Source: an uncultured Verrucomicrobiae bacterium (GTDB lineage: Bacteria; Verrucomicrobiota; Verrucomicrobiia; Chthoniobacterales; UBA10450). From it: a stretch of 64,000 nt of DNA. Shown piece by piece: positions 41,529-53,006 of the stretch. Numbering within the stretch: the first letter of the stretch is position 1; the number at the start of each line of letters is the position of its first letter. Below the pieces are notes generated by a model, which did not search any database, was not told the DNA's origin, and saw only the letters and a list, made by a program, of their open reading frames with translations. The translations under genes were made by a program, and so were the position numbers. The DNA is taken from NCBI GenBank assembly GCA_963776615.1, contig CAVZNJ010000019.1:55295-119294 (forward strand). Reading direction: 5' to 3'.

Positions 41529-42344
41529 ATGGCGGAACGCCGCGTCACCCGGCAGCCGGCCCGGCGCAAGCCGGCGAAACGAGACGTGAAGGTCTCTCCC
41601 CATGTCGTCCCGATGCGAGGGACGCTGCCTGCTGCGGCGCCGCTCATGGTCCCGTCCAAATGGGTCAAATTCGTCGTCGCGCTTTTCCTTCTTCCGCTTT
41701 GCGGCATTCTCAGCCAGACTTTTTTCACCTCCTTCGCCCGCGCCACGCTGACGGAGCGCCTTTGGACCGGAGAAGAATTCTGGTTCTTCTCGTTAGGCGT
41801 AGTTCTTTGGCTGATCGCGTTTTTCGGACTGCCCCGGCCGATCGTGCTTTATGTTTTCGGTCACGAACTGACGCATGCGCTCTGGGTTTGGATGATGGGC
41901 GGCCGGGTCAGCCACTTCAAAGTGGGCCGCGAAGGCGGTCACATCCTGACGGACAAGAACAACTTTCTCATCGCGCTCGCGCCCTATTTTTTCCCGCTCT
42001 ACAGCATCCTGGTCATCGCGCTCTACGGGGCACTGAGCTTGTTTTTCAACATGCAACCTTATGGCCGTCTGCTCTACGCCCTCGTCGGTGCAACGTGGGC
42101 TTTCCATCTCAGCTTCACCTGCTGGATGATCCCAAAAAATCAGACCGACCTGAGCGACAACGGAACCATCTTTTCTCTCGTCGTCATTTACCTGGTCAAC
42201 CTGCTGCTGCTCTGCGCGATGCTCGTGATTGCATCGCCGCGTATCACCTTCGTGAGCTTCGGCGCAGACATCGTGCGCAACATCGCGAACTTCTCACACG
42301 CCGTCGTCGGCCTCTGCGAACGTTTCAGCCGCGGCGCGCCGTGA
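41529..42344 (+). CDS. polytopic membrane protein with HExxH motif (putative membrane metalloprotease)
   Basis: ...VLYVFGHELTHALWVWMMGG... plus about 6 TM segments. It starts 3 nt after the efp stop. Confidence 0.5.
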   Translation: MAERRVTRQPARRKPAKRDVKVSPHVVPMRGTLPAAAPLMVPSKWVKFVVALFLLPLCGILSQTFFTSFARATLTERLWTGEEFWFFSLGVVLWLIAFFGLPRPIVLYVFGHELTHALWVWMMGGRVSHFKVGREGGHILTDKNNFLIALAPYFFPLYSILVIALYGALSLFFNMQPYGRLLYALVGATWAFHLSFTCWMIPKNQTDLSDNGTIFSLVVIYLVNLLLLCAMLVIASPRITFVSFGADIVRNIANFSHAVVGLCERFSRGAP

Positions 42345-42431
42345 TCGCCGCTAGCCGCTTCGGATGGTAGGCCAACTTCCAGCTTGCCGGGTTAGAGGTC
42401 TGGTCCGGTGGGAGCTCGCGCTACCTGCCTG

Positions 42432-45275
42432 CTAGCTGTGCAAAAACGCGAAGGGCAGTTGCCCAAAGCTCTCCGCCAGCGGAAACGATCCGTGCGCCGC
42501 CTCGACTTCCCGTCCGGTAAACAAATCACATCCGGCGACGAAGCCTTCCGCAATCTGCACCGCGGTATCGTGCCAGGCGTTCCCGATCGGTGGAAAGCCG
42601 ACCCGCATCGTCAGCCGCGGCGCAAGCACGAGGAACGACCTGTCTTGCCACTCGCGCGCAAAAGCGATGCAGCATTCGGCGAATTCACCCGTCAGGGTAA
42701 GCGACCGATAACTTCCACTTCGGAAGATCTCCGGGTTCTCGCGCCGGAAGGTGAGCAGGCGCTGGGTGAGGAACAACTTGATGCGCCCGTCGCGCCAGTT
42801 GCCCAGCAATTCCTCCGGCGTTACTTGCCCCAACGAATCGAGCATTCGCTTTCGCCTCTCGTAATCGACCGGACGCCGGTTATCCGGATCGACCAGGCTG
42901 AGATCCCAGATTTCATTCCCCTGGTAAATATCCGGCACGCCCGGTGCCGCCAGTTTCAGGAGCGTTTGCGAAAGCGAGTTGATCGCCCCGGCGCGCGCTA
43001 CTTCTTCCGCAAGGGGAATGAAGCTCTCGAGGAAACGATTCTTCGCCGAAGGATCAAGAATGTGCGCGATGAACTCCGCCACAGCCGAATCCCAGGATTC
43101 GTTAGGCTGGACCCAACTGGTATTCAGCTTCGCCTCCTTCATCGCTTTGGCCATGTATTGCTGGATTCGCGCAACGTACTCGGCGCGTCCCTCGTCGCTC
43201 AGCTCGCGGAACGGATCGAACGGCCAGGTTCCGAGCAAGGTCTGATAAAGCAGGTATTCCTCGTTGCCGTCGGGTGCCTCGCTCTCCTCGATCCATTGTT
43301 TCCAGCGCCGGTTCAGCGTGCGCCAGCGGCCTGATGAACGCCGCCATTTTTCCGGTATTTCCGAAATCACCGCCATCCGCGCCCGCACGTCTTCGCTTCG
43401 TTTCGTATCGTGGGTGGAGGTGGCGACCAACGTCGAAGGCCAGTGCTCCAGTCGCTCCGCGTTGCGCCGATGGAATTCCTCGACCCGCATCCCGAAACGC
43501 TGCGGTTCGCCACCCACTTCGTTGAGCGCCGCGAGCCGGTTGTAAATGTAGAAGGCCGTGTCCTCGAGTCCCTTCGCCATGATCGGTCCGGTCGTTTGCT
43601 GAAATTTCAGAACGAAATGCACGTGCTCGGCGCGCGCTTCCTCATCCAGGTTCTCCGGAAAACGGAAGAGCAGGATGTCACGGAGAAAGTTGAACACCGA
43701 TTCTTCGAGCGCAGGGTTGCGCCTTTTCGCGGCCGCGACCGCCCGCTCGATCACGGTGCGATCGTCGTCGCTGATCGCCCAGCCCGGCGCGAGATATGTT
43801 CGATAAACCGGAAAGCAGGCAATCGTTTCCTGCACCGCCAGGGTGAGGGCATCGAGCGTATAGTCGCGGTACCAACGGTTCTTCTCCGACAGCCGGTCGA
43901 ACATCGTCCCCAGCACATTGACGTCGTTCGCCAGGGAGAGGCGCATGACGAGGCGTTTCTTGGCATAGACGAGGTGGCCGAAATTCAGGCTGTGCCCGAT
44001 GAACTTGTGAAAAGTGGTCGTGATCGCGCGCTCGGCCGAAGAATCGACCAGCACGCCAATCGTGTCATTCATGAAGTCGTAACCGGTCGTGCCGTGCACC
44101 GGCCAATCGCCTCGCAGTTGCTCGCTGCCGCTGAGAATTTTTTCGACCAAGAGGTAGATCGCCCGCTCGTTGCCAGATAATTCCAGCCCCATTGCTTCCG
44201 CCGCTCGACGCTGCAACTTCTCGAAATATTCGTTAGGCAAATACAGCCCGTCCGGGTGATCGATGCGCAAACCGGTCACCGCCCCGGCCGCGACCAGCTC
44301 GAGCAGAAGCCGGTGCGCTTCGTCGAAGACCTCCGGCAGTTCAACCCGGATCGCCGCCAGGTCGTTAACGTCGAAGAAGCGCCGGTAGTTGATCTCCTCG
44401 GCCGCGACCCGCCAGAAGGCAAGGCGATAAGCTTGGTCGCTGAGGAGGGCATCGAGCGCGTCGAAGCTGCGCGGGTCGCCCGGGGTGCCGTTGATGATCG
44501 TGAGGGCTTTTTCGATCCCTTCCTGCACCGGCGGCGCTTCCTGGGAGCGGCGGTCGAGGCGGCGTTTGATGATTTCCTTTTCCCGGGCCCGTTCCGCAAT
44601 CCGCTTCGGATCGTGTTCCGTCCGACGCGGGAGATATTCGAGCGCGGTCAGGATGCTCTGGAGTTCAGCATAGAATTCCTCCGTCTTATGCTCGCGCAAT
44701 TGGTCGAGCGCGATCTCGAGGACATGCCGGTAGGTGCCGGGCGCGATCGGAAATTCGTGCTCGAAGTAGCGCAAAAAAAAGCGGCCGCTCTCGAACCGCA
44801 CCTTGAACTCGCCGCGCTCGAGGACGCGCCCGTATTGGTCGCCCAGGATCGGGATCAATACCTTGTCGCGCAGATCGGACTTAAGCGGCTGCCAATCGAT
44901 GTCGAAATAGCTGGCGTAGGCTGAGCTGGGCCCGTTCTCGAGCACGTCGGACCACCAGAGATTTTGTGGCTCACCGACACCCATGTGGTTGGGCACGAAG
45001 TCGAGCACCTGCCCCATCTCATGCGCGTGCAGTTCCGCGACCCAGGAATCGTAATCCTCGCGCGAACCAATCGCGGCGTTGAGTCTGTTGTGATCGGTAA
45101 TGTCGTAGCCGTGCAGGCTATCGGCTCGCGCCTGGAAATAGGGCGACGCATAGCAGTCGCTGATCCCAAGGGCATGCAGATATGACACGAGTGCACGCGC
45201 CTGGGAGAAAGTGAAGTCGCGATTGAACTGAAGGCGATAGGTGGAGCTGGGTATGCGAGGGTACGGCGTGCTCAC
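42432..45275 (-). CDS. treY: malto-oligosyltrehalose synthase
   Basis: 947 aa, ...[13 protein letters not shown]...[14 protein letters not shown]...HGYDITDH...[10 protein letters not shown]... Confidence 0.9.
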   Translation of the reverse strand: MSTPYPRIPSSTYRLQFNRDFTFSQARALVSYLHALGISDCYASPYFQARADSLHGYDITDHNRLNAAIGSREDYDSWVAELHAHEMGQVLDFVPNHMGVGEPQNLWWSDVLENGPSSAYASYFDIDWQPLKSDLRDKVLIPILGDQYGRVLERGEFKVRFESGRFFLRYFEHEFPIAPGTYRHVLEIALDQLREHKTEEFYAELQSILTALEYLPRRTEHDPKRIAERAREKEIIKRRLDRRSQEAPPVQEGIEKALTIINGTPGDPRSFDALDALLSDQAYRLAFWRVAAEEINYRRFFDVNDLAAIRVELPEVFDEAHRLLLELVAAGAVTGLRIDHPDGLYLPNEYFEKLQRRAAEAMGLELSGNERAIYLLVEKILSGSEQLRGDWPVHGTTGYDFMNDTIGVLVDSSAERAITTTFHKFIGHSLNFGHLVYAKKRLVMRLSLANDVNVLGTMFDRLSEKNRWYRDYTLDALTLAVQETIACFPVYRTYLAPGWAISDDDRTVIERAVAAAKRRNPALEESVFNFLRDILLFRFPENLDEEARAEHVHFVLKFQQTTGPIMAKGLEDTAFYIYNRLAALNEVGGEPQRFGMRVEEFHRRNAERLEHWPSTLVATSTHDTKRSEDVRARMAVISEIPEKWRRSSGRWRTLNRRWKQWIEESEAPDGNEEYLLYQTLLGTWPFDPFRELSDEGRAEYVARIQQYMAKAMKEAKLNTSWVQPNESWDSAVAEFIAHILDPSAKNRFLESFIPLAEEVARAGAINSLSQTLLKLAAPGVPDIYQGNEIWDLSLVDPDNRRPVDYERRKRMLDSLGQVTPEELLGNWRDGRIKLFLTQRLLTFRRENPEIFRSGSYRSLTLTGEFAECCIAFAREWQDRSFLVLAPRLTMRVGFPPIGNAWHDTAVQIAEGFVAGCDLFTGREVEAAHGSFPLAESFGQLPFAFLHS

Positions 45276-45366
45276 GGGATTCCGAACTTAAGGGCGAATC
45301 CGGAAGATGAACAGAATTTGCGCGATCGAGGACGCGCTTCCTCTCGCCTCTGGCAGACCGAACGAT

Positions 45367-47073
45367 TTACATTTTTTCGGGAACGCCGATTCCCAGGAGT
45401 TCGAGGCCACGTTTCAGAACGCGGGCGGTCAATTCGCAAAGCGCGAGTCGTGTGGCGCGCGCGGGTTCATCGGCTTTCAACACCGGGCAGGCTTCATAGA
45501 AAGCGTGAAAGGCGTTGGCCAGCTCGAAGAGATAATTGGCAAGCAGGTTCGGGCGAAAATCGTTCAGCACCTGTGGGACTGTCTCGGCAAATTGCGCCAG
45601 ACGTTTGGCGAGTGTGAGTTCGGCTGGCTCAGTCAAGGCGAGTTCCTCAGGCGCGCGAAAACCTTCGCTCGCCTTGCGGAAGATTGAACGAATTCGCACA
45701 TACGCGTTCTGCAAATAGGGCGCGGTGTTTCCCTGCAGCGAAAGCATGCGGTCCCAGGAAAACACGTAATCGGTCATCCGGTACTGCGAGAGATCGGCGT
45801 ATTTGACCGCACCGATGCCGATCGTTTTCGCGATCGTGCTTTTCTCCGCCTCGTCCAAGTCAGGATTTTTCTGCTCGATGATTTTCCGGGCCCGCGCGAC
45901 CGCTTCGTCAAGCACTTCGCGCAGCGGCACATTTTCCCCGGAGCGCGTCTTCATCAATTTGCGGTCCTCGCCCAGGATGCTCCCAAACGGAATGTGACGA
46001 AAATCCGCAGAACGGCCCTCGCGCCGGGCAATCGCGAAGATTTGCTTGAAATGCAAAGTCTGAGGCGCACCGACGACGTACCAGAGCGTGTCCCGCTTCA
46101 ACTCGTCGATGCGATAGTCGACGGTGGCCATGTCGCTCGTCGCGTAATTAAAGCCGCCATCGCTTTTCCGCACGATGCAGGGCCGCTCCGCCAGTTCGGG
46201 AATGTCGCGAAAAAAAACGCAGACCGCGCCCTCGCTGATTTCCGCGACGCCGGACTTGAGCAGCCGGTCCACCACTGCCGGCAGCCGATCGTTGTAGAAA
46301 CTCTCCCCGCGCTGGATGTCGTAATGGATGTCGAGAATTTCGTAGACGGCTTCGAATTCCTGCTGCGAAAGCGCGACGCATTCACTCCAGATGCGGAGAT
46401 TTTCCTCGTCACCGGCCTGCAGCATGACGAGCTCGTTGCGGCACGCCTCGCGGACCGCTTCGTCGCTCTTGCTCAGGTCGTTGGCCGTTTTGTAAATCCG
46501 GACCAGTTCGGCGATCGGGTCGCGCTCCATCGCGGCGCGATCGAGCAGATTTTTCCAGCCGTAGATCACCATCCCAAACTGCGTCCCCCAGTCGCCGAGG
46601 TGATTGTCGCGAATGACCTCGTGCCCAAGAAATTTCGCGATCCGAGCGAGCGCGTCGCCCAGAACCAGGCTGCGGATATGGCCGACATGCATCGGCTTGG
46701 CGACGTTCGGCGACCCGAAGTCGATCACGATGCGGTGGCGCCTTTCCGCGAGCGGCACGCCGAGCCGATCTTCGTGCAAGAGCTCCGCCGCCCGGGCCGC
46801 CACGGCCGCTGGCTTGAGACTGAAATTAATAAAGCCGGCACCGGCAACGGTGGGAGTTTCCGACCATTCCCCAACATCGAGATGCGCGATGATCTTCTGC
46901 GCCAGCGCGCGCGGATTTTCACCTCGCTGCTTGGCAAGCACGAGCGCGGCATTCGTTTGATAGTCGCCGAAGCGAGGGTCGGTGGCGGGCACCACTTCAC
47001 CGGCCAGCGGAAGACCGGCCGCGGCGAGCGCGCGCGCGAGCTGATGTGTGAGCGAACTCTGAAAGGTCTGCAT
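45367..47073 (-). CDS. argS: arginine--tRNA ligase
   Basis: 568 aa, ...FGSPNVAKPMHVGHIRS (HIGH)..., ...KLMKTRSG (KMSKS-like)..., and a C-terminus ...GIGVPEKM. Confidence 0.95.
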   Translation of the reverse strand: MQTFQSSLTHQLARALAAAGLPLAGEVVPATDPRFGDYQTNAALVLAKQRGENPRALAQKIIAHLDVGEWSETPTVAGAGFINFSLKPAAVAARAAELLHEDRLGVPLAERRHRIVIDFGSPNVAKPMHVGHIRSLVLGDALARIAKFLGHEVIRDNHLGDWGTQFGMVIYGWKNLLDRAAMERDPIAELVRIYKTANDLSKSDEAVREACRNELVMLQAGDEENLRIWSECVALSQQEFEAVYEILDIHYDIQRGESFYNDRLPAVVDRLLKSGVAEISEGAVCVFFRDIPELAERPCIVRKSDGGFNYATSDMATVDYRIDELKRDTLWYVVGAPQTLHFKQIFAIARREGRSADFRHIPFGSILGEDRKLMKTRSGENVPLREVLDEAVARARKIIEQKNPDLDEAEKSTIAKTIGIGAVKYADLSQYRMTDYVFSWDRMLSLQGNTAPYLQNAYVRIRSIFRKASEGFRAPEELALTEPAELTLAKRLAQFAETVPQVLNDFRPNLLANYLFELANAFHAFYEACPVLKADEPARATRLALCELTARVLKRGLELLGIGVPEKM

Positions 47074-47144
47074 CTGCGAATTGCGACGAAATTAACAGGC
47101 GATCGCAGCCTGTCACCCGGCGTGGCACCGCTGTCGCGGGATGA

Positions 47145-47609
47145 CTATTTCGGCGAGCGCTCCTGGAAGATAGCGAGAATCTCCTCTTTCGTCCCAGCAG
47201 CAGCAAGACCATCGCGCACCGAGCGATCGTTCAGGAACTTCGCGATCGAGGCGAGAGTGCGGAGGTGAGTCTGGAATTGATTCTTCGGCACGATGAAGAG
47301 GACAACGAATTTCACCGGCGCATTGTCGAGCGCGTCGAACTCGATCCCCTGCGAAGAGCGTCCGAAGGCCGCAACCACTTCCTCGACCGCCTCGGATGAA
47401 GCGTGTGGGATGGCGATCCCGAACCCGATGCCGGTGCTCATCGTTTCCTCGCGCTGCTTGAGCGCGGCGAGAATGCTCTCACGAGCGGTCGAGGCGATTT
47501 TTTCCAGATTTACGAGCAGGTCAATCAGCTCGACAATCGCCGGCCAGCGCTCCGTCGCCTTCATTTCAGGAATGATTTGCTCGGAAGTAAGAAGGCTGGC
47601 CAACGACAT
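47145..47609 (-). CDS. ptsN: PTS EIIA(Ntr)-type regulatory protein
   Basis: MSLASLLTSEQIIPEMKA...REETMSTGIGFGIAIPHAS (phospho-His region)...VVLFIVP. Confidence 0.8.
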   Translation of the reverse strand: MSLASLLTSEQIIPEMKATERWPAIVELIDLLVNLEKIASTARESILAALKQREETMSTGIGFGIAIPHASSEAVEEVVAAFGRSSQGIEFDALDNAPVKFVVLFIVPKNQFQTHLRTLASIAKFLNDRSVRDGLAAAGTKEEILAIFQERSPK

Positions 47610-48031
47610 GCGGAGTTCCCCGAAAGTGGAGCGGAAGCTTAGCGTCAGGGGTCGGGATGACAAGTTGAATGGTAAAGCGGCAAAAGCAGTGCAAAAACCC
47701 AAGCATAGAAAGGAAACAATCGAATGCAGCCTGTCTTCTTCGGTCCTCTCATTTTCCGTTGGTTCTCATTGTGCGATCACCTCAAGCAGAGAACTTAAAG
47801 GACATGGCGAATGGATTGACCACCCCGGAGTTGTGTGGACCAGTGCGTGCGGTCCATGTGCAGATCTGTGTGCGTAAATAGTGATGGTGTGGGCCTAAGA
47901 TTTCCTTACAATCGCTCCGCTGACGCCGACGCTGATTTCGACCGCCTGTCAAAATTTCCGATCCCAACGAAAACACGTCGCTCCTGTTACCGAAATCATC
48001 ACTGTTGGCCTCGTCGTTGCGGCGATGATGG

Positions 48032-49134
48032 TTGGGCTGCTCCGCCGCCTCGCGACAATCGCGCCGGATGCAAGGCGCGGAGCGCAATTGCGAGGCCGGA
48101 GAGTACGACGAAGCGAAGATCGATTACATGGCGGCGCTGCGGGCCGATCCCAGGAATTCGTTGGCGATTCAGCGACTCGGCCAAATCTGGACCGAGGAGG
48201 CGCGTCGCTCACCGCTATACCCTTCCCTATGAAATCGCGGGACCTGCAACCGAAGGACGTCGCGACGCGGAGGAGGTTGCTCGCGGGCCTCGTTGGGATC
48301 GATGCGTTCGACCAGGCGAAACAGGAAGCGATGGAGATCTTTCGCCTTGCGCCTTCCGACGGTGAAACGCTTTTTCTCCTCACCCAGGTTGCCCAGACCT
48401 TGGAGCAAATCGCCGAGGTGGAGAAGTTTCCCGCGAAGGATTCCCTGGAGTTATACCTCGCTGCGGCGACGATTGCGTTGCGCAAAAATGACATTGCCGC
48501 TGCCCGAGGAGAGCTCGAGCGTGCGGTGACGCTCGATCCAAAATCGTACCTCGCGCACTCGGCCCTCGGACAAATACTTCGCAGCCAGCAAGGATTTGGA
48601 GCGAGCCGGTAAAGAGTTCAAGGCGGCCGCTGATCTGACCCCGACGCGCTCGATCGTGCGGCTGCAATGTGCCGACTTTCTCTTCGCTACAAGAAAGGCC
48701 GACCAAGCAAAAGCTTTGCTTGCGGAGGTGACTAAGGCCGCTCCTGATTATCTCCAAGCTTATCGCCTTTCGAGTAAGATTGCGATTTCAGAGAAGAACT
48801 ACAAGCAAGCGCTAGCGACTCTCCAGAAACGGCCAGTCCGCCCTTGATCCCCGTCGCCCTTGGGGAGCAATTCCGAACTCGTTTCGTCACCCCGGGCTGC
48901 TTGAGGGCAATCACTGTGTTGCGAAGCGTGGAAGAGTATTTGCGCGGCGTTCCAAGGCCGTCGATAAACTTCGCGAAGACGGTAATTCATAACATTCTAT
49001 CGCGACGGCGAGCGGGCGAGCCCGATCTCCAAGGAGGTAGACTGGCTATGAGCAAGAATAATAGGACGGCAGATAGCATTCATGCCGACATCGGCGGCAA
49101 ATACCTTTTTGTCGACCCGCCCACCGGCGATTGA
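48032..49134 (+). pseudogene. TPR-repeat protein, at least 3-4 frameshifts (boundaries uncertain)
   Basis: TPR-like pieces lie in successive frames: ...EAGEYDEAKIDYMAALRADPRNSLAIQRLGQIW..., ...DAFDQAKQEAMEIFRLAPSDGETLFLL...RGELERAVTLDPKSYLAHSALGQIL..., ...KEFKAAADLTPTRSIVRLQCADFLFATRKADQAKALL... Confidence 0.45.
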
Positions 49135-49241
49135 TCCGCTCGCTTTCTTCAGCACGGCCTTTGTTCTCCTCGCCGGCTATCCGCTGGCGCGCCGCACCAC
49201 GTACCTCAACCCGACCGGCGCGCTCTGCTACGAGTGATTCT

Positions 49242-49949
49242 CTAATCGCGGATCTTGTAATTTAGCTGCCGCGAGAGCAGCCAGCGCACGCCGAACATGT
49301 CGACCGTGGCGCGAACCGCGCGGTTGCCGAGACCGTATTTACTTTGGCCGAATTTGCGCGCGCGATGATTGACCGGAATCTCGACCAACCGGTAGCCGGC
49401 GCCTTTCACGAGTGCGGGAATGAAGCGATGCATGCCTTTGAAGGGAATGAGCGCGCTGACGCATTCGCGCCGCATCGCCTTGAGTGTGCACCCGGTGTCG
49501 CGCACGCCGTCTTTGGTGAAACGACTGCGCACAAAGTTGGCGATGCGACTCGTCATGAGCTTGACCCGGGTATCCTTGCGTCGCTCGCGATAACCGCAGA
49601 CGAGATCGGCGCCGCGCTCGATTTCCGCGAGGAGGCGCGGAATGTCGACCGGGTCGTTTTGCAGGTCGCCGTCGATCAACACCACGGTCGCACCGCGGGC
49701 GGCGTTGGCGCCGGCGTAGATCGCCGCGCTCTGGCCGGCGTTCTTCTCGAAATGCAGGACCCGGACCTCCGGCGCTCTCGTTAGGTGCTCCAGCGTGCGA
49801 TCGGTCGAACCGTCGTCCACGAAAATGATTTCGTGGTCCAGTCCGCCCAGGACGGCGGTCAGCTCGGCTTGCAGAATCGGGACGTTTTCCTCCTCATTAA
49901 AAAGCGGGACGACGACCGAAACCACTGCCTTCGACGGATCATCGCTCAT
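49242..49949 (-). CDS. family 2 glycosyltransferase (polyprenyl-phosphate glycosyltransferase, ArnC/DPM1-like)
   Basis: ...VSVVVPLFNEEENV...IIFVDDGSTDRT...VLIDGDLQNDP... Its start overlaps the stop of the GT39 gene (49946-49949). Confidence 0.85.
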   Translation of the reverse strand: MSDDPSKAVVSVVVPLFNEEENVPILQAELTAVLGGLDHEIIFVDDGSTDRTLEHLTRAPEVRVLHFEKNAGQSAAIYAGANAARGATVVLIDGDLQNDPVDIPRLLAEIERGADLVCGYRERRKDTRVKLMTSRIANFVRSRFTKDGVRDTGCTLKAMRRECVSALIPFKGMHRFIPALVKGAGYRLVEIPVNHRARKFGQSKYGLGNRAVRATVDMFGVRWLLSRQLNYKIRD

Positions 49950-51517
49950 AGAGGCATCGTCCGATAATCGTAACAGGCATAAACGTGAAGCCGGCGCAAC
50001 AACCGTCCGGCGTTGCGCACCTCGATCTTTGCAATCTCGTGGGTGTGGTCGAAACCACCGGTAATGCTGCGCGGCGGTCCACCTTTGTCTCCGAGCTGGA
50101 GGTAAAGGGCGGTGCGGCCGACAAAAAGATTCACGCCTTGTTCTTCGGTGTAAATCTCATTCGGGTCGCGTACCGTGTTTGGTGGCAGTGGAACAAATTC
50201 ATCATAGCGCGGCCAGAAGGAGAACTGGTTTACCATGTCCTGCGATTCCGGGATGTAGACCGGTGGATGGCCTGGCCCTTCTACTCGTTTGTCGGGCAAA
50301 TAAAATGCCAGTTCGGAAGCGCGGTCGCGCTCATCGGCGATCAGGAAAACCGGCGTGCCGGTTCGTTTTTCAAAATCGACCCGGACCTGGTTGACCGCGT
50401 CCGCGAACGACCGCCAGCCGCGCAAGCGATCAACCGGATCACGTCCTGGCCGATGGACCCCGATATTGCCGACCATCAGCCCAATGAGCAACGCACTCAT
50501 GACGAGGCCGAGAATGACCGCGGCTTTCGTCCATCTCCGCGCCGACGCGCGCGAAGCGGACCGCTCACGCCAGTAGGAAATCGTGAGAACGCCGAAGCTG
50601 AGAAACGCGAGTCCATCCCAGTTGGGCGCAGCAGCTTTATTGATCGAAAGGACAGCGTAGAAGAGAAAGACCGGCAGGCCGAACCAAAGCAAATAGAAGA
50701 CCTTGAAATTCTGCTGGGCGCGCCGCCAGCTTGCGATCGTCGCCCAGACCAGTCCGAGAAAAAGCAAAGGCGAGTAGGTGGCGAAATGTTCTGCCAGAAA
50801 AGCAAGCAATTCGAGCGGATGAAAGCCGGGCGCTTTGTAGAGGCTGCCGCGCTCTCTGAGATGCTCCAGCGTGATCCAGGCGTGTTGCGAATTCCAAACG
50901 ATCGGCGGAATCGTGCAAAGGGCGAAGGCGAGCAGGAGCAAATAAAGGTTGGGCCGCAGAAATTCGCGACGCAATCGAGGCAGGAACAGGACAAGAACGA
51001 CTGAGATCAATTCCAGGGCATCGGTGAATTTGCAGAGAAAACCGAGCCCGATGAGCAGCCCGGTAAACGGCCACCACCAGGAAAAGAGCGGGCTTCGCTC
51101 GAGCGCAATCCAGAAGCTGTAGAAGGCCGCGACCCAGAAGAAAACCGAGAGCGGATCGATCGTCATGACGAGGCTGCCGAGATTGAAAATCGGCGTCACG
51201 TTCAAGGCCACAACCGTCCAGAACCCAGCCAAAGAGCTGAAGAGACGCTGGGCAAAATAATAGAGGAGCAGGCTCGTGCCGGCAGCGAGGAGCGGGCTCC
51301 AAAAGCGGACCCCGAATTCATTGTCGCCGAAGATCGCGATGCTCGAGCGAATCACCAAGGCGACCCCGGGACCCTTGCTAAAATAAGAGAGCGCGGGCCG
51401 TTGTGCCCACATCCAATAGTAAGCCTCGTCAGGCGAAAGCTGCGTCGCGTTCAAAAGCGCGAGGCGAAGCGCGGTCAGAACGAAAAGGAAAAGCCAGACC
51501 GCGCGCGTCGTGCTCAT
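49946..51517 (-). CDS. family 39 glycosyltransferase (ArnT/PMT-like, polytopic)
   Basis: MSTTRAVWLFLFVLTALRL...SPDEAYYWMWAQ...YFSKGPG... and many TM segments. The start at 51517 overlaps the PAP2 stop (ATGA). Confidence 0.8.
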   Translation of the reverse strand: MSTTRAVWLFLFVLTALRLALLNATQLSPDEAYYWMWAQRPALSYFSKGPGVALVIRSSIAIFGDNEFGVRFWSPLLAAGTSLLLYYFAQRLFSSLAGFWTVVALNVTPIFNLGSLVMTIDPLSVFFWVAAFYSFWIALERSPLFSWWWPFTGLLIGLGFLCKFTDALELISVVLVLFLPRLRREFLRPNLYLLLLAFALCTIPPIVWNSQHAWITLEHLRERGSLYKAPGFHPLELLAFLAEHFATYSPLLFLGLVWATIASWRRAQQNFKVFYLLWFGLPVFLFYAVLSINKAAAPNWDGLAFLSFGVLTISYWRERSASRASARRWTKAAVILGLVMSALLIGLMVGNIGVHRPGRDPVDRLRGWRSFADAVNQVRVDFEKRTGTPVFLIADERDRASELAFYLPDKRVEGPGHPPVYIPESQDMVNQFSFWPRYDEFVPLPPNTVRDPNEIYTEEQGVNLFVGRTALYLQLGDKGGPPRSITGGFDHTHEIAKIEVRNAGRLLRRLHVYACYDYRTMPL

Positions 51518-52164
51518 GAAATGGCGTCGCCCGCCAGACGTGGATGCCTGGCGAAAAACTCTGGCGCCCATTTCGCCGCCGCCCAGCGATAGAGCGTTTC
51601 AAGCAGGGCGAGGAGCAGCGCAGTCGTGCCAGCGGCAAGGAAAAAAGTAGCCGCGACGTCGCTCGGCCAGTGCGCGCCCAGATAGACCCGCGACCACGCG
51701 ATCGCGCCGGCAAAGAGAAAATAGAGCCACCCCCAACGCCGAAAAAAGAAAGCCAGAATCATCGCGATGGTTACGTTGTTGGTCACATGCCCGGAGGGAA
51801 ATGAGGGCCCGGACCGGGTGCGATCTCTCTCATCGGAATAGCGGATCTTGACCGGTTTGAAGAGCGTGAGAACTTCCGGGCGCGCCTTAGCCAGCTCCAC
51901 CATCCGGACTCGCTCGACTTGTTTCGGCCGGCGGCGATCGACGAACTTTTTCAGGTTTGCGGTCAGGTTATCGTTCACGAGAAGAGCGAAGCAGAGACAG
52001 AAAAGCATCGCGCGTCCCTTGAAGTGCCCGAAGATCAAGGCATAGAGCACGAGCACGATGATCAGTGGTGTCCAAATCTTGGGATCGCTGAGCGCGGCCA
52101 TGAACAAGTCGAGGGCGGGATGCGTCCATTGCTGGTTGATAAGATGAAAGAGCGCTTGGTCCAC
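51514..52164 (-). CDS. PAP2-family lipid phosphatase
   Basis: KKFVDRRRP ... PSGH ... SRVYLGAHWPSD, the three PAP2 signature motifs. Confidence 0.85.
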   Translation of the reverse strand: MDQALFHLINQQWTHPALDLFMAALSDPKIWTPLIIVLVLYALIFGHFKGRAMLFCLCFALLVNDNLTANLKKFVDRRRPKQVERVRMVELAKARPEVLTLFKPVKIRYSDERDRTRSGPSFPSGHVTNNVTIAMILAFFFRRWGWLYFLFAGAIAWSRVYLGAHWPSDVAATFFLAAGTTALLLALLETLYRWAAAKWAPEFFARHPRLAGDAIS

Positions 52165-52257
52165 TGGAAACGGTTTGGGCTTTGGTTTTGATCTTCAGAG
52201 GATATCTGCCGCGATTCGGACTTGGAACTTAACACTTAAAGCTCAAAACCATCTTTC

Positions 52258-52929
52258 ATGCACAGACAGATCGCATTAGTTGGCGTCATTCTCGTGAGTG
52301 CCACTCTCGCCAAAGCGGATCCGCCCACTGCCACCGAGATTCTCGACCAGGTGCGCCTTCAGCAAGCGCAACAGCAACTCGATCTCCAGGGCCAGTTGCG
52401 CGTCGACGCCAATGTCATCCCTTTTCGCATCACCCAGACCGGACCGGTGATTCGCTACACCTTTTACAATCGGCCGGAAGTGCTGCAACTGCGGCTGGGC
52501 GAGAAAAGCTCCAGCCTTGACCTCGTGCTGGAAAACAGCACAAAAAAATTCGCCGCCTCTCGGCTCGACGACAGGATCGGCGGCACAGCCGTGACCTACG
52601 GCGATCTCGCCCTCAAGTTCCTCTACTGGCCGCGGACAGAGATGCTGGGCGAAGAAACCATTCGGACCCGCGACTGCTGGAAACTGCGCCTGCAACCGCC
52701 GTCGCGCGCTGCGCAATATTCGAATGTTCTGCTCTGGGTTGACAAGGAGGGCGGCGCGATGATGCGCATCGAAGCGTACGACTGGCGGGGCCGCCTGACG
52801 AAGCGCTTCGAGGTCGTCTCCGCGCAAAAGATCGAGGGCCGCTGGTTCCTGAAACAGATGCGGATCGAGGACTTGCAGCCGGGTACAAACAAGGTGCTCT
52901 CGCGCACCTACCTTGAGATCAAGAAATAG
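52258..52929 (+). CDS. LolA-like outer-membrane lipoprotein-sorting family protein
   Basis: Signal peptide MHRQIALVGVILVSATLAKA, ...GGTAVTYGDLALKFLYWP..., ...CWKLRLQP...VDKEGGAMMRIEAYD... Confidence 0.55.
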   Translation: MHRQIALVGVILVSATLAKADPPTATEILDQVRLQQAQQQLDLQGQLRVDANVIPFRITQTGPVIRYTFYNRPEVLQLRLGEKSSSLDLVLENSTKKFAASRLDDRIGGTAVTYGDLALKFLYWPRTEMLGEETIRTRDCWKLRLQPPSRAAQYSNVLLWVDKEGGAMMRIEAYDWRGRLTKRFEVVSAQKIEGRWFLKQMRIEDLQPGTNKVLSRTYLEIKK

Positions 52930-53006
52930 GGAGCCGGTCTGGCAACTCTGCGAGATGTTCTAGCCTGCATTGATTGAGCAAACCTAAAAATAGCGTATTA
53001 ACCCCG

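Noticed and set aside
45994-47268. 424-aa ORF on the plus strand
   Set aside because: It is antisense to argS, which is full-length with HIGH and KMSKS regions, so this is a shadow ORF. The same reasoning applies to 42408-43334 and 43410-44180, opposite treY.
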